Sequence record: NZ_CP118109.1
Length of the DNA stretch: 64,000 nucleotides
Origin: a plasmid
Reading direction: 5' to 3' (one strand)
Both the position numbers and the translations under genes were made by a program. Position 1 is the first letter of the stretch. Every line of letters starts with the position of its first letter. Below are positions 9,323 through 18,445 of this stretch, in pieces. The notes below the pieces were generated by a model that saw nothing but the letters and a program-made list of their open reading frames with translations, had not been told where the DNA came from and searched no databases.

Positions 9323-9786
9323 TATTTATTCACCTTTATTGCCATCGTGGGAATGTGCATACATGTGATAATTAATGCTTCACCAATGAAGCGTCCTTCA
9401 CTATCGTATCGCTTGTTGTAATTAAGATCACGGCCAGTAAATTTTTCTGGATCAAGTCCGTATTCTTGCTTTACATACTTCAAGACTGTCGCCTCTAAGA
9501 TAGCGTCACGAGTAATATTCACCTGATCTTTCATTCGGAGCTCGTCCCATTCAGCTTCTTCCTCGTCAGCGATCTTATTCATAACAGCGCAGAACTCATC
9601 GAAGGTTAGTCTGCAGGTGCGGCCAAGTTCATCAAACTGCTCCGGCTCCAAGATAAAGTCAATGTTCGTGACTCCTTGTTCGGACTTTTTTGACATCTTT
9701 ACAAGTTTCTCATCTTCCTTGCTCTCCGTCTGCTGGCTTTCCACTGCCCAATTCCTTTTCGGACCGATCCTCATTCTCTTTGACAT
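9322..9786 (-). CDS. hypothetical acidic protein
   Basis: 154-aa ORF. AAAGGAG RBS. About 100-nt leader downstream of the promoter/palindrome at 9908-9936. Confidence 0.5.
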   Translation of the reverse strand: MSKRMRIGPKRNWAVESQQTESKEDEKLVKMSKKSEQGVTNIDFILEPEQFDELGRTCRLTFDEFCAVMNKIADEEEAEWDELRMKDQVNITRDAILEATVLKYVKQEYGLDPEKFTGRDLNYNKRYDSEGRFIGEALIITCMHIPTMAIKVNK

Positions 9787-9907
9787 CTCCTTTCTTAGGT
9801 GCTAAATCTTCCGTGAATACACCACGACCTAGGTCTTCAATAATACGATATCCTCCCATGTTTTCACCACCATTCTCCATTATAGTCTCTATATCTCTTG
9901 TTTACTT

Positions 9908-9936
9908 AAAATGTAATGCGTTACGTTTTACATTAT
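9908..9936 (-). promoter_or_regulatory. extended -10 (TGTTATAAT) promoter with dyad AAAACGTAACGCATTACATTTT
   Basis: On the minus strand, TGTTATAAT directly followed by the palindrome (9908-9929). Lies immediately downstream of terminator 9953-9977 and upstream of gene 9322..9786. Confidence 0.6.
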
Positions 9937-9952
9937 AACACAATTTCTGCAT

Positions 9953-9977
9953 AAAAAAAGAGGGGATTTCACCCCTC
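9953..9977 (-). terminator. rho-independent terminator after protease gene
   Basis: GAGGGG-attTca-CCCCTC hairpin followed by a 7-U run on the minus strand. Confidence 0.7.
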
Positions 9978-9980
9978 CTA

Positions 9981-10874
9981 TTAGCCGATTAATTTTTCGA
10001 GATCGATAAGCCCATCGCCAGTATAAATGTCTCTGCCTGGAATACTTAAATCCTCACAGGATTCTTCTAGCTTTGCATGAACTTCTTCTAGCGTGGGCTC
10101 TACTCCTTGCCCTCTGCAGAAGCTAATATACAGTGCAATACATCCAGAGATAATAGGCGCTGCCATGCTGGTGCCGGATAGCTTCGCATAACCTCCATCT
10201 TTATACGTAGAGAAGATGTCTACACCAGGAGCCATGACTTCATTCTTGATGCCATAGTTACTGAATGGAGCTCTCTCTTTCCCTGGAGACATTGCAGATA
10301 CAGCGATTACTTCGTCATACATGGCTGGCCAACATACACCTGTATTTTCATTGCCTGTAGCAGCAACAACTATAATACCTGCGGCAGCCGCTTCTTTAAT
10401 GGCTTTGTGTAATTCCAGAGGCGGCTCGCTTGCACAGCCGAGACTCATGTTGATGATATCTACATTTTGCTCAATTGCCCACCGCAAGCCATTGATAATG
10501 GATTGAAAGTTGCCTCCTCCATTGTCTCCAAGGACTTTTGCGACATACAGCTCTGCATCAGGTGCGATCCCCACAACTCCTATTCCGTTGTCTGCCGCTC
10601 CAATGATGCCAGCAACATGTGTTCCATGCCCTTGTTTGTCTTCAGGTCCATACGGAGAGCGAGTGAAGTCTGCATAGACTTTCAAGTTCGGCTGCAGGTC
10701 TGGATGATCACGATCCACGCCCGTATCAAGGACAGCCACTTTGACTCCTTTACCGGTTGTGGTATTCCATACATCGGGTGCATTTACGGCTTCAATACCC
10801 CAATCAATAATGTCATCGCGCATCTCTGCGCCATGGGTTTGGACGATTTTATAGTCCGCCTGGGTGTCACTCAT
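9981..10874 (-). CDS. subtilisin-like serine protease (peptidase S8)
   Basis: Catalytic triad motifs VAVLDTGVD (Asp), HGTHVAGII (His), GTSMAAPIISG (Ser). 297 aa. AGGAGG RBS. Rho-independent terminator immediately downstream. Confidence 0.9.
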   Translation of the reverse strand: MSDTQADYKIVQTHGAEMRDDIIDWGIEAVNAPDVWNTTTGKGVKVAVLDTGVDRDHPDLQPNLKVYADFTRSPYGPEDKQGHGTHVAGIIGAADNGIGVVGIAPDAELYVAKVLGDNGGGNFQSIINGLRWAIEQNVDIINMSLGCASEPPLELHKAIKEAAAAGIIVVAATGNENTGVCWPAMYDEVIAVSAMSPGKERAPFSNYGIKNEVMAPGVDIFSTYKDGGYAKLSGTSMAAPIISGCIALYISFCRGQGVEPTLEEVHAKLEESCEDLSIPGRDIYTGDGLIDLEKLIG

Positions 10875-10914
10875 AGTTTCCTCCTATGTTTTCACCCTGT
10901 ATCCTATCTTCTAT

Positions 10915-10935
10915 AATTGTAACACGTTACATTTT
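10915..10935 (-). promoter_or_regulatory. dyad ATTGTAACACGTTACATTTT upstream of protease gene
   Basis: Palindrome overlaps the stop of 10934..11302 and lies 40-60 nt upstream of the protease start at 10874. No clear -35/-10 assigned. Confidence 0.4.
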
Positions 10936-11302
10936 ACTTTTCAGTAGTTTGTGAAAAATCTATAAAGAGGTCTTGTTCTTTGATTTGATCCATATAAGCC
11001 TGGAGTTCTTCATCGGTAACAGCTATATATACTCCACATGATCGGTCGGTGATACTGCATTTTCTTCTTTCTTCAACTCTTACTCTTCCGGACATTGTCA
11101 TTTCTGTTAGTCTCGGATGAACCAGATTGCGATCCCATCCTTTTAAGAGGTCGGCCTCGTACATTTTAGCTGCAATTTCGTTAGCTGTTAAGCCATCTTC
11201 ATATTGAAGAAGAAAGCTATGTATGATGTTCTGACGAGTTGCTACATCCTGTTTAACCAGATCGAAAGACTCTTTGCGGGTGCTGCTTGTTATTGTTGAC
11301 AT
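10934..11302 (-). CDS. putative winged-helix DNA-binding protein
   Basis: LTANEIAAKMY....G.....V.PRLTEMTMSGRV pattern resembles a wHTH. 122 aa. Weak. Confidence 0.35.
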   Translation of the reverse strand: MSTITSSTRKESFDLVKQDVATRQNIIHSFLLQYEDGLTANEIAAKMYEADLLKGWDRNLVHPRLTEMTMSGRVRVEERRKCSITDRSCGVYIAVTDEELQAYMDQIKEQDLFIDFSQTTEK

Positions 11303-11317
11303 GTTAATTCGCTCCTT

Positions 11318-11812
11318 TTATGAGTTTAGAAATGCATTTATGACTGACGATAATATCAATAAAGATCCTGTAACTATTGCCATTCGCCATAATCGGTCTT
11401 CTTTCTTTTTTGTGGCTTCCCTTGTCTTTGCAGCTTTTTCTAAGTCAGCAAGTGCCTTGGCTGCTAATTCTTCTCTTTCTTGCGCCCGTCGCATGGTATC
11501 TTCGAGCCTTCTATCTTCGAGTATTCTCTCAGCTTCTCGATTATAATCTACAATGTCGGAACCTCCGGAACGACGCTGCTCTTCTTCCAGTAGATCTTGC
11601 CAGTTGCGTATTTCTTCCGGTATATACGTAACACTTCCAGGATCCTGAAGAATAGTCGCAGGCCGTATGGATATTCGCTCCATCTCTTCTCTCGCATCAA
11701 CCGGCACTGGTATATTCCAACCTATAATCTGCCCAGTGCCTTTGTGTCCTCTTAAATATATATCTTTAATTTCATCCCTTACCTTTTGCTGGTAGTTTGA
11801 CAATAGCTCCAT
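11318..11812 (-). CDS. hypothetical protein with C-terminal transmembrane helix; MELM-family N-terminus (MELLSNYQQK)
   Basis: ORF 11318..11839. GGGGGAG RBS 8 nt upstream of the internal ATG at 11812, so the start was trimmed. C-terminal IVTGSLLILSSVINAFL is hydrophobic. Confidence 0.5.
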   Translation of the reverse strand: MELLSNYQQKVRDEIKDIYLRGHKGTGQIIGWNIPVPVDAREEMERISIRPATILQDPGSVTYIPEEIRNWQDLLEEEQRRSGGSDIVDYNREAERILEDRRLEDTMRRAQEREELAAKALADLEKAAKTREATKKKEDRLWRMAIVTGSLLILSSVINAFLNS

Positions 11813-11816
11813 ATGA

Positions 11817-12083
11817 TTACTCCCCCAAATTCTGAACAATAAACGAAATGATAACGAGTATGCCGATCCCTACCATTGTCCATCCAAATCTCCGAAACGC
11901 CTTATCCACTTCTGGCCACCCGCATGTATTTACTTTCTTCGTTCCTCTGCCTCGCGGACGTACTCCTTCATGCACAATAGTACCCTTTGGCCGATCCATG
12001 CCTAGCGTTCTTGGTGTAGACGCAGGAACCTTTATCACATTCCTATGACGATCTTGATATCTTTTCATCATCTCCATGGGCAT
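11817..12083 (-). CDS. small membrane protein; N-terminus M(P)MEMMKRY resembles the MELM family
   Basis: 88 aa. C-terminal hydrophobic stretch WTMVGIGILVIISFIV. Confidence 0.45.
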   Translation of the reverse strand: MPMEMMKRYQDRHRNVIKVPASTPRTLGMDRPKGTIVHEGVRPRGRGTKKVNTCGWPEVDKAFRRFGWTMVGIGILVIISFIVQNLGE

Positions 12084-12452
12084 TTACCATTGAACCGCAT
12101 ATCTTGGAGTAACGCCTTTTTTGTTATAGTGATTAAGTGCATTACTGCTCATGACTCCTGTTAAATCCCCTTTCGTCTTGGAAGATACATAACGAACAGA
12201 GTGAGTGATTTCTGGCGATGAAGTATCTATTATTACTTGGATATGATCGATAAGCGCTGCTTTTTTCAGTTCACCATGAAGTTCTTCTAACATATTTGTA
12301 ATCCTATATACTCTTTTTTTACCATGCTCATTAATTTCCACAAATTGATTCAAAATGTTATCGACTATAGTCTTTGCCAAGTTTAATTTTACTTCGTTGC
12401 TAGTTAATTCAGCTTCAAAGCCATTTATATAATATTTTTTCATCAATTCCAT
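12084..12452 (-). CDS. hypothetical protein, tandem paralog A (MELMKKYY N-terminus)
   Basis: 122 aa. Shares N-terminal and C-terminal blocks (KKGDLTGVM...Y...G..P...W) with the adjacent 12459..12821 gene. AGGTGG RBS. Confidence 0.55.
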   Translation of the reverse strand: MELMKKYYINGFEAELTSNEVKLNLAKTIVDNILNQFVEINEHGKKRVYRITNMLEELHGELKKAALIDHIQVIIDTSSPEITHSVRYVSSKTKGDLTGVMSSNALNHYNKKGVTPRYAVQW

Positions 12453-12458
12453 GAGGCT

Positions 12459-12821
12459 CTACCACCTAATCCCATGAATTGGAATTATCCCTTCTTCTTT
12501 GTAACGCTCAATATCATGCTCATTCATCACGCCTGTTAAATCTCCCGCTTTTTTGGAACGCATATATCGTAATTGACAGTTAGTACAAGTCTTATTTATT
12601 ACGACGCGGACATGATAGGCAAGATCAGCAACAAGCAGCTTATCATATATTTCTTTTTCCATAGCCCTTGGGTCACTTACAGAGGGAGTTCTGTAGCGAT
12701 CCATTACGAGATGACTTTTCAATACATCTGAAACGATGTTTCCGGCTAACCTCATTATCTGGTCGTTTGTTTTTTCTTCTGCCTCGCTAATATTTAGCCT
12801 ATATCTTCTCATTAATTCCAT
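12459..12821 (-). CDS. hypothetical protein, tandem paralog B (MELMRRY N-terminus)
   Basis: The ORF-track start at 12839 is an extension. GGAGTGG RBS 5 nt upstream of the ATG at 12821, which overlaps the stop of the upstream nuclease gene (TAATG). Confidence 0.55.
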   Translation of the reverse strand: MELMRRYRLNISEAEEKTNDQIMRLAGNIVSDVLKSHLVMDRYRTPSVSDPRAMEKEIYDKLLVADLAYHVRVVINKTCTNCQLRYMRSKKAGDLTGVMNEHDIERYKEEGIIPIHGIRW

Positions 12822-13564
12822 TAGCGCCACTCCATGCAATATTTTTGAGTCGGGCAGCTATCACAGTGGAAGCCTTCCCGAGGGTAGTACCAGCCTTCGT
12901 CCATCGACTTCTTAAGCATTCGAGCTGACTTATACAGTCTTTGATAGTCTGCACGCTTCCGATCTACATAGATGGACTGAGAAGTCTTTAAATGGTGTAA
13001 TACATACGTATCTACTTCTTTTCTATACATTGAATGAAAAGCTAACGCCTGCAGCGTAATACCCATATCTGTTCGCTGATAAAACTCAGTTGGACGCTGT
13101 GCTCTGGTTTGAAAGTTTACAATCTCATGCTTACCTCCTGGTGTCTCTCTGATCACAGGAATACGGCCGACAATATGAAAGTCTGGATCAATCTTTAGTC
13201 GGAAGTCTACATTAACGCCCACAGTCTTATCCGGATTGTACTGTTGCTGTCGATGGAATAGTGCGAGCATACTGAAAGCCTCCAGTTCTTTCTTGCGCTG
13301 ACTCTGCTTCTGATCGAACTTGATCTTATAGATTTTATCCTTGTCATACCAAAGGCCGGTAAACTTATCCTTCAGCTGACTCAGTGTAAGAAATTTACCT
13401 TCATGAAGATTCACATAATAATAGCTGATCGTGGCTAGCATAACCTCACGAAGCCCTTTGCTCTCCTCTGTCTTCAAGCGAGGTAGCTTATCGATATTCG
13501 TAAACTTATATTGCAAAGGGCAGGTTTTGAAATCGTAGAGCTGTTCTATTGTAATTTCTGTCAT
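12821..13564 (-). CDS. Cas4/RecB-like PD-(D/E)XK nuclease with Cys cluster (second copy)
   Basis: N-terminal Cys (FKTCPLQYKF). C-terminal FHCDSCPTQKYC (C-x2-C-x5-C). 247 aa. Same architecture as 6534..7397. Confidence 0.55.
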   Translation of the reverse strand: MTEITIEQLYDFKTCPLQYKFTNIDKLPRLKTEESKGLREVMLATISYYYVNLHEGKFLTLSQLKDKFTGLWYDKDKIYKIKFDQKQSQRKKELEAFSMLALFHRQQQYNPDKTVGVNVDFRLKIDPDFHIVGRIPVIRETPGGKHEIVNFQTRAQRPTEFYQRTDMGITLQALAFHSMYRKEVDTYVLHHLKTSQSIYVDRKRADYQRLYKSARMLKKSMDEGWYYPREGFHCDSCPTQKYCMEWR

Positions 13565-13866
13565 AGTATCAACCTTTCTACCTCTACTACATTACCTTCC
13601 CAATCCCTGACGTCCCAAATTATATTTGCGCTATTGTTCTGTCCTAATACGACCATGACGTCAAAGTAAAGCTTATCATCCATAAGACCATACAGTCTTT
13701 CTCTTGCTCTCTTTGATATCTCTTTACCCATGATCTGCAAGTTTTCGGGAGTCAACATAAGATATTGCATGTCTATAAACGTTTCATTGGCGATTTCAAA
13801 AACCATATTTCTGATCCCCATATAGTCATAGACGTGACTCTTTAAATACGGGCGGAATAGCTCCAC
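13561..13866 (-). CDS. hypothetical protein (GTG start; MELFRPY N-terminus)
   Basis: GAGGGGG RBS 8 nt upstream of GTG at 13866. 101 aa. Overlaps the 3' end of the upstream gene by about 40 nt. Confidence 0.5.
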   Translation of the reverse strand: MELFRPYLKSHVYDYMGIRNMVFEIANETFIDMQYLMLTPENLQIMGKEISKRARERLYGLMDDKLYFDVMVVLGQNNSANIIWDVRDWEGNVVEVERLIL

Positions 13867-14155
13867 GCAGGTTTCCCCCTCTTAATTCTTCAAGTGTTCT
13901 TTGCACTTCGCCCGTTAATCTTGCTCTATTTAGTTCATTGTTCGGCATGCCTACATAAGGAAGCTCAATAGCGTCACTCACTCTTCTGGTCAGACTTCTT
14001 TCAAGTTCAGCTCGAATCTCCTCTTCAAACATACTTTTTCCATATTCATAACTTCTTTTCATTCTTCCTTCGATGACACCGCTCGATCTAATTCTCTCCA
14101 ATATTTCCGAAGCAGTTGACTGCCTGAAACGTTTCCTGTATTCCTGCATTAACTC
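13826..14155 (-). CDS. hypothetical protein (MELMQEY N-terminus)
   Basis: GGAGGG RBS 6 nt upstream of the ATG at 14155. The ORF-track extension to 14269 is rejected because an independent small gene occupies 14175..14363. Confidence 0.5.
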   Translation of the reverse strand, partial: ELMQEYRKRFRQSTASEILERIRSSGVIEGRMKRSYEYGKSMFEEEIRAELERSLTRRVSDAIELPYVGMPNNELNRARLTGEVQRTLEELRGGNLRGAIPPVFKESRL

Positions 14156-14174
14156 CATAAGTAGCCCTCCTACG

Positions 14175-14363
14175 TTATTGATTCTGGCTTGCCTTCTCAA
14201 ATTTTTCTTGTCTGCTCTGAGCTGCTTTAAGGACGCAAACGGAAGATTCCATTTCTCTAATCCTTGCATTGATGTTATAGCTTGTTCTCATATGTCGATC
14301 TCTCATGCGGCGATATACGCTGATTCGCTCCTCAAGGCAGCGGATTGCATTTTCGTGAGCCAT
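14175..14363 (-). CDS. hypothetical small protein (62 aa)
   Basis: AGGAGG RBS upstream. Its stop codon is immediately followed by the RBS of the 13826..14155 gene, giving tight operon spacing. Confidence 0.5.
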   Translation of the reverse strand: MAHENAIRCLEERISVYRRMRDRHMRTSYNINARIREMESSVCVLKAAQSRQEKFEKASQNQ

Positions 14364-14389
14364 GCGGCCTCCTATGTACCAAGAGGAGC

Positions 14390-14839
14390 CTAAGCTCCCA
14401 CAAGGTTCTTTCTTGCTGTGTCATATTGACGGGCAATCGCTGCTGCGAGTTTATCATAAGGATCTTCCCATCCTTCTGGCTTCATTACTTTGCCGTCTTC
14501 TTTGTAATGAGGCTTGCCGTCTGGCCACAATTTGCTCATGTTTGCATGCTGAACGACATCCATGAGTTCTTGAGGTTTTACACCCAGCTCTACCAGTGTA
14601 CCGATAGCAAAGTAGATCACGTCAATCATAGCGTCAGCTTGATCGACAACAGTTTTAGCATCCAAAAATTCTTGTACTTCTTCATTAACCCAATTCATGC
14701 GCTTTGCCGCGCGTTCCGCATTCATGAGTGTTGGCAGCTCACTTACCGGATGATTAAATGCTTCCTGGAAAGCTTTCACCTGATCGTAAGCGTAGTCTAG
14801 CCCCTTGCCTTCATATTGATATGGTTGCATTAATTCCAT
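14390..14839 (-). CDS. MazG-like all-alpha nucleoside triphosphate pyrophosphohydrolase (MELMQPY N-terminus)
   Basis: E-E-x-x-E ... D acidic motif (NEEVQEFLDA...DQADAMIDVIYFA) typical of the MazG/HisE-like fold. 149 aa. AAGAGG RBS. Confidence 0.55.
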   Translation of the reverse strand: MELMQPYQYEGKGLDYAYDQVKAFQEAFNHPVSELPTLMNAERAAKRMNWVNEEVQEFLDAKTVVDQADAMIDVIYFAIGTLVELGVKPQELMDVVQHANMSKLWPDGKPHYKEDGKVMKPEGWEDPYDKLAAAIARQYDTARKNLVGA

Positions 14840-14866
14840 GCTGTATATCCTCTTTTCTATATATTT

Positions 14867-15907
14867 TTATAGATCATCGAAGCCGTTATCGTCACTGGTT
14901 TTTCCGTAGTTACGAGACTTGGTTTCGAAGAAGTCAGATTTAGTAGCGTTCAATGCTTCATCAGAGAATGGCTTGATCCAAGGCATGCAGTTTACATCAA
15001 CGCCTTCGTAAGCTTTCTCCAGACCGAGCATCTTCAGACGGCGGTTGGCCATGTATTTGATATAGTCAGACAGCTCTTCAAGATCGATGCCGCGGACTTC
15101 TTTTAGTGTGTAGTAGGCCCAGTTAGTTTCCAGCTGTACAGCACGATCAATAGTGTCGTAGGCATACTGAATGTTCTCAGGCGTGTTCAGCTCAGGGAAG
15201 TCTGCAAGCAGCTGCTTGAATACCTCTGCGAAGAAGTAGCAGTGCTGATTTTCATCCCGTTGGATATATGAGATCATCTGGCTAGTGCCGATCATCTTTT
15301 GGTCTCGAGCCAGGTTATAGAAGAATGCAAATGTACTGTAGAAGAAGATACCTTCAAGGATCAGGTCAGCCACCATGGCCTTGAAGAAGGTTTGTGGCGT
15401 CTGCTCATCACGGAACTCTTGGTAGATTTCTGAGATAAATGTATTGCGCTCCAACAGAACCGGATCATGCTTCCAATATTCAAAGATTTCTCGCTGCTCC
15501 TGCTCAGAAACCAAGGACGACAGTACATAGGAGTAGGACTGATTATGAACAACTTCCTGCTGTCCGATAATGGCCGAGATTGCTTCTAGTGAAGAGTCCG
15601 TAAAGTAACGCTTTACATCGCCGACAAACATGGTCTGCATGGAATCCAAGACTGCCAAGAGGCCGATATTGATCTTGAATGTACGCTGCTCTTCTGCATC
15701 CAGAAGCGGGAATTGCTGAGCATCCTTACTCATTGGGATTTCATCAGCGATCCAATGATTCAATAGCAGAACCTTGTAGAGCTTGTACATATGCGGCATG
15801 CGGATATCGTTCCAGTTGAGAATCCCTGAGTTCTCGCCTTCGATAATCCGAGTTGATTTATTTGGTGCTTCTGTATTGAAGATTTTTTGCATTTTCATCT
15901 TATTCAC
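14867..15907 (-). CDS. nrdF: ribonucleotide reductase class Ib beta subunit (NrdF)
   Basis: 346 aa. Ferritin-like RNR small-subunit pattern (...EGIFFYSTFAFFY...ISYIQRDENQHCYFF). Gene order nrdI-nrdE-nrdF. Confidence 0.9.
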   Translation of the reverse strand: MNKMKMQKIFNTEAPNKSTRIIEGENSGILNWNDIRMPHMYKLYKVLLLNHWIADEIPMSKDAQQFPLLDAEEQRTFKINIGLLAVLDSMQTMFVGDVKRYFTDSSLEAISAIIGQQEVVHNQSYSYVLSSLVSEQEQREIFEYWKHDPVLLERNTFISEIYQEFRDEQTPQTFFKAMVADLILEGIFFYSTFAFFYNLARDQKMIGTSQMISYIQRDENQHCYFFAEVFKQLLADFPELNTPENIQYAYDTIDRAVQLETNWAYYTLKEVRGIDLEELSDYIKYMANRRLKMLGLEKAYEGVDVNCMPWIKPFSDEALNATKSDFFETKSRNYGKTSDDNGFDDL

Positions 15908-16133
15908 TCTTCTTTCTCATTTTCTTTTCCCTGTAATAATCCGTTATAAATTGAACGAATAGCTTTTTGACTTTAAACATGATTAATATTGCACTAAACG
16001 TGTGGTCCCAAGCCCAAATCATGAACCATATCAGCAGACCCAAGGTTGTAAGGCCACCAAGGATAAAGGTGGCCCATACATACCAGATCAAGATTTCGCT
16101 TGATGGATCTATCATGAAGCGCAGTTCTCGCAT
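15900..16133 (-). CDS. small membrane protein (77 aa)
   Basis: Hydrophobic helix (WATFILGGLTTLGLLIWFMIWAW). Overlaps both neighbours slightly. Could be spurious. Confidence 0.3.
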   Translation of the reverse strand: MRELRFMIDPSSEILIWYVWATFILGGLTTLGLLIWFMIWAWDHTFSAILIMFKVKKLFVQFITDYYREKKMRKKSE

Positions 16134-18445
16134 TCTTCAATTGTCAATGCGCGGCTGCGGAGATAGTAGCTCGTCTTGATTCCGTTCTCCCAAACAGCCA
16201 TATGCAAATCCAAAAGATCACTTGCTTTGATGTCTGGAGTTACATAAAGGTTGAAGCTTTGAGCCTGGTCAATATGTCTCGATCGAGCACCGGCCATCTT
16301 AATGCTAGCGTGTTGATCAATCAAGAACGCAGTCTTGTAATACCAAAGTGTATCGTTATTCAGATCCGGAGCAGGATTGGCCACTTTATACGTTGTCTTT
16401 TCTTCATAAGAAACAAGTTCGTAAATCGGATCAATGGTTGCTGTAGAGCCGGCAATAATGGATGTGGTACCATTTGGCGCTATTGCTATCAGGTTCGCAT
16501 TGCGGATACCGTATTTACGGATCTCACCGGCAAGCTCCGCCCACTCAGTGCTGTTGTATCCTCGATCGGTAAAGTAGTTCCCGTTTTGCCATTCGCTGCC
16601 TTCAAACTTCGGATAGGCTCCTTTTTCTTTGGCCAAATCCATACTTGTCTTAATCGCAAGGAAGTTGATTTTCTCATAGAGCTTGTCGTTATAATCAACA
16701 GCAGCATCGGATTCCCATCGAATCTTCAGCAGGGCAAGTAAGTGATGAAGACCAAATGTTCCTAGACCAACGGCACGATACTGGTTGTTTGTGTGCTGTG
16801 CCTGAAGCACTTCGATGTTGTTGATGTCGATAACGTTATCTAGCATCCGAATTTGGATTGGAACAAGGCGTTCTAGCACATTGTCCGGAACCGCTCTGGA
16901 TAGATTAATTGAGTTCAGGTTACATACAACAAAGTCACCTGGAATTTTAGTAATGATGATCCGTGTTTCTCCATCCTTAGTTACAAGCTCTTCGGACTCA
17001 ACTACTGTTGGAGATTGGTTTTGCATGATCTCTGTACAGAGGTTTGAAGAATATATCATGCCGTGAGCTTTATTCGGATTCGTCCGGTTTACTGTATCAC
17101 GGTAGAACATGAACGGCGTGCCTGTCTCAAGCTGGGACTTCATAATGCGCTTCATAACATCAATAGCTTGAACAGTAATACGTGGCAGCAGTGGGTTTGC
17201 TACAGCTTCAGCATATTTCTCACGGAACGCTCCGCTTCCAAGCTTCTCATCATAGAAGTCTTCTAAGCCCAATTTGCGCCCCTTCTCATCTGTCCAACCC
17301 ATAATACTCTTCACTTCGTGAGGGCAGAACAGGTGCCATTCTTCGCGCTCACGAACAGCTTCCATGAATAGATCCGGCAGACATACGGCGTGGAAGATGT
17401 CATGCGCTCTCATACGCTCGTCACCGTTGTTCAATTTAAGATCCAAGAAGGACAGAATATCTTTATGGAAAACATCCAGATAGACAGCTACAGCGCCTTT
17501 ACGAGTGCCAAGCTGGTCAACGCTGACTGCCGTATTGTTCAGCTGGCGGATCCAAGGGATAACGCCGGAACTTGTATTCTTGTGCCCGCGGATATCGGAG
17601 CCTCTGGAACGTACTTTTCCAAGGTATACACCGATACCGCCACCCATTTTGCTGAGACGTGCTACATCGGTATTGGAATCAAAGATACCTTCAAGAGAGT
17701 CGTCAACCGTATCAATGAAGCAGCTGGACAGCTGTCCGCCAGAAGCTTTACCTGCATTAGATAAAGTCGGTGTAGCCACTGTCATGTATAGGTTGCTCAT
17801 AGCCCAGTAAGATTCTTTAACTAGCTCGATTCGCTTCTCTGCAGGCTCCTGGTGCATCAAGAACATAGAAATAATCATATAGCGCTCTTGCGGCAGCTCC
17901 ATTACCTTACCGTCATAATCGCTAGTCAAGTAGCGTTCATTGAGTGTCATGAGGCCAATGTAGTCGAACAGCAGATCTCTTTCTGGAGCGATAGTAGCTT
18001 CAAGCTCTTCGATTTCTTCTTTGGTGTAAGCTTCTAATAGTTCTTTTCTGAATAGCTTCTTCTCGACCAATGTCGTGATCAAGCTGTAGAAGGATCCATA
18101 AGGCTTATCTGTATATGATTTATAATTACGATTGAAAGCTGCCTTTTTATATAAGGATGTTAAAAAGGAACGAGCAGCCGCAAACTTCCAATTCGGTTCT
18201 TCTTTCGAAATCAATTCCAATGCAGACATAGTAAATGCATTTGTAATCTCATCGGCGGTTACTTCTTTGTATCTAAGCTTAGATAATACGCCACGAATTA
18301 AGCGTTGAATATTCAGGGGTTCTCCCTGCGAATCTTTTAAGTCTGCCATGATGCGTTCTGCGAATGCTTGGATTCGGTTAACGTCAAATGCCAGTTCTCT
18401 ATTATTGGGCTTTGTAACCTTTAGCGGTGTTGCGCTCAATTTCAT
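16112..18445 (-). CDS. nrdE: ribonucleotide reductase class Ib alpha subunit (NrdE)
   Basis: 777 aa. Active-site NLCTEI motif (SSNLCTEIMQ). C-terminal Cys pair. Typical RNR large-subunit length. Confidence 0.9.
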   Translation of the reverse strand: MKLSATPLKVTKPNNRELAFDVNRIQAFAERIMADLKDSQGEPLNIQRLIRGVLSKLRYKEVTADEITNAFTMSALELISKEEPNWKFAAARSFLTSLYKKAAFNRNYKSYTDKPYGSFYSLITTLVEKKLFRKELLEAYTKEEIEELEATIAPERDLLFDYIGLMTLNERYLTSDYDGKVMELPQERYMIISMFLMHQEPAEKRIELVKESYWAMSNLYMTVATPTLSNAGKASGGQLSSCFIDTVDDSLEGIFDSNTDVARLSKMGGGIGVYLGKVRSRGSDIRGHKNTSSGVIPWIRQLNNTAVSVDQLGTRKGAVAVYLDVFHKDILSFLDLKLNNGDERMRAHDIFHAVCLPDLFMEAVREREEWHLFCPHEVKSIMGWTDEKGRKLGLEDFYDEKLGSGAFREKYAEAVANPLLPRITVQAIDVMKRIMKSQLETGTPFMFYRDTVNRTNPNKAHGMIYSSNLCTEIMQNQSPTVVESEELVTKDGETRIIITKIPGDFVVCNLNSINLSRAVPDNVLERLVPIQIRMLDNVIDINNIEVLQAQHTNNQYRAVGLGTFGLHHLLALLKIRWESDAAVDYNDKLYEKINFLAIKTSMDLAKEKGAYPKFEGSEWQNGNYFTDRGYNSTEWAELAGEIRKYGIRNANLIAIAPNGTTSIIAGSTATIDPIYELVSYEEKTTYKVANPAPDLNNDTLWYYKTAFLIDQHASIKMAGARSRHIDQAQSFNLYVTPDIKASDLLDLHMAVWENGIKTSYYLRSRALTIEECENCAS

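Noticed and set aside
13826-14269. 147-aa ORF-track call
   Set aside because: Its upstream third overlaps an RBS-supported 62-aa gene (14175..14363) in another frame. The true start is the ATG at 14155, which has a GGAGGG RBS.
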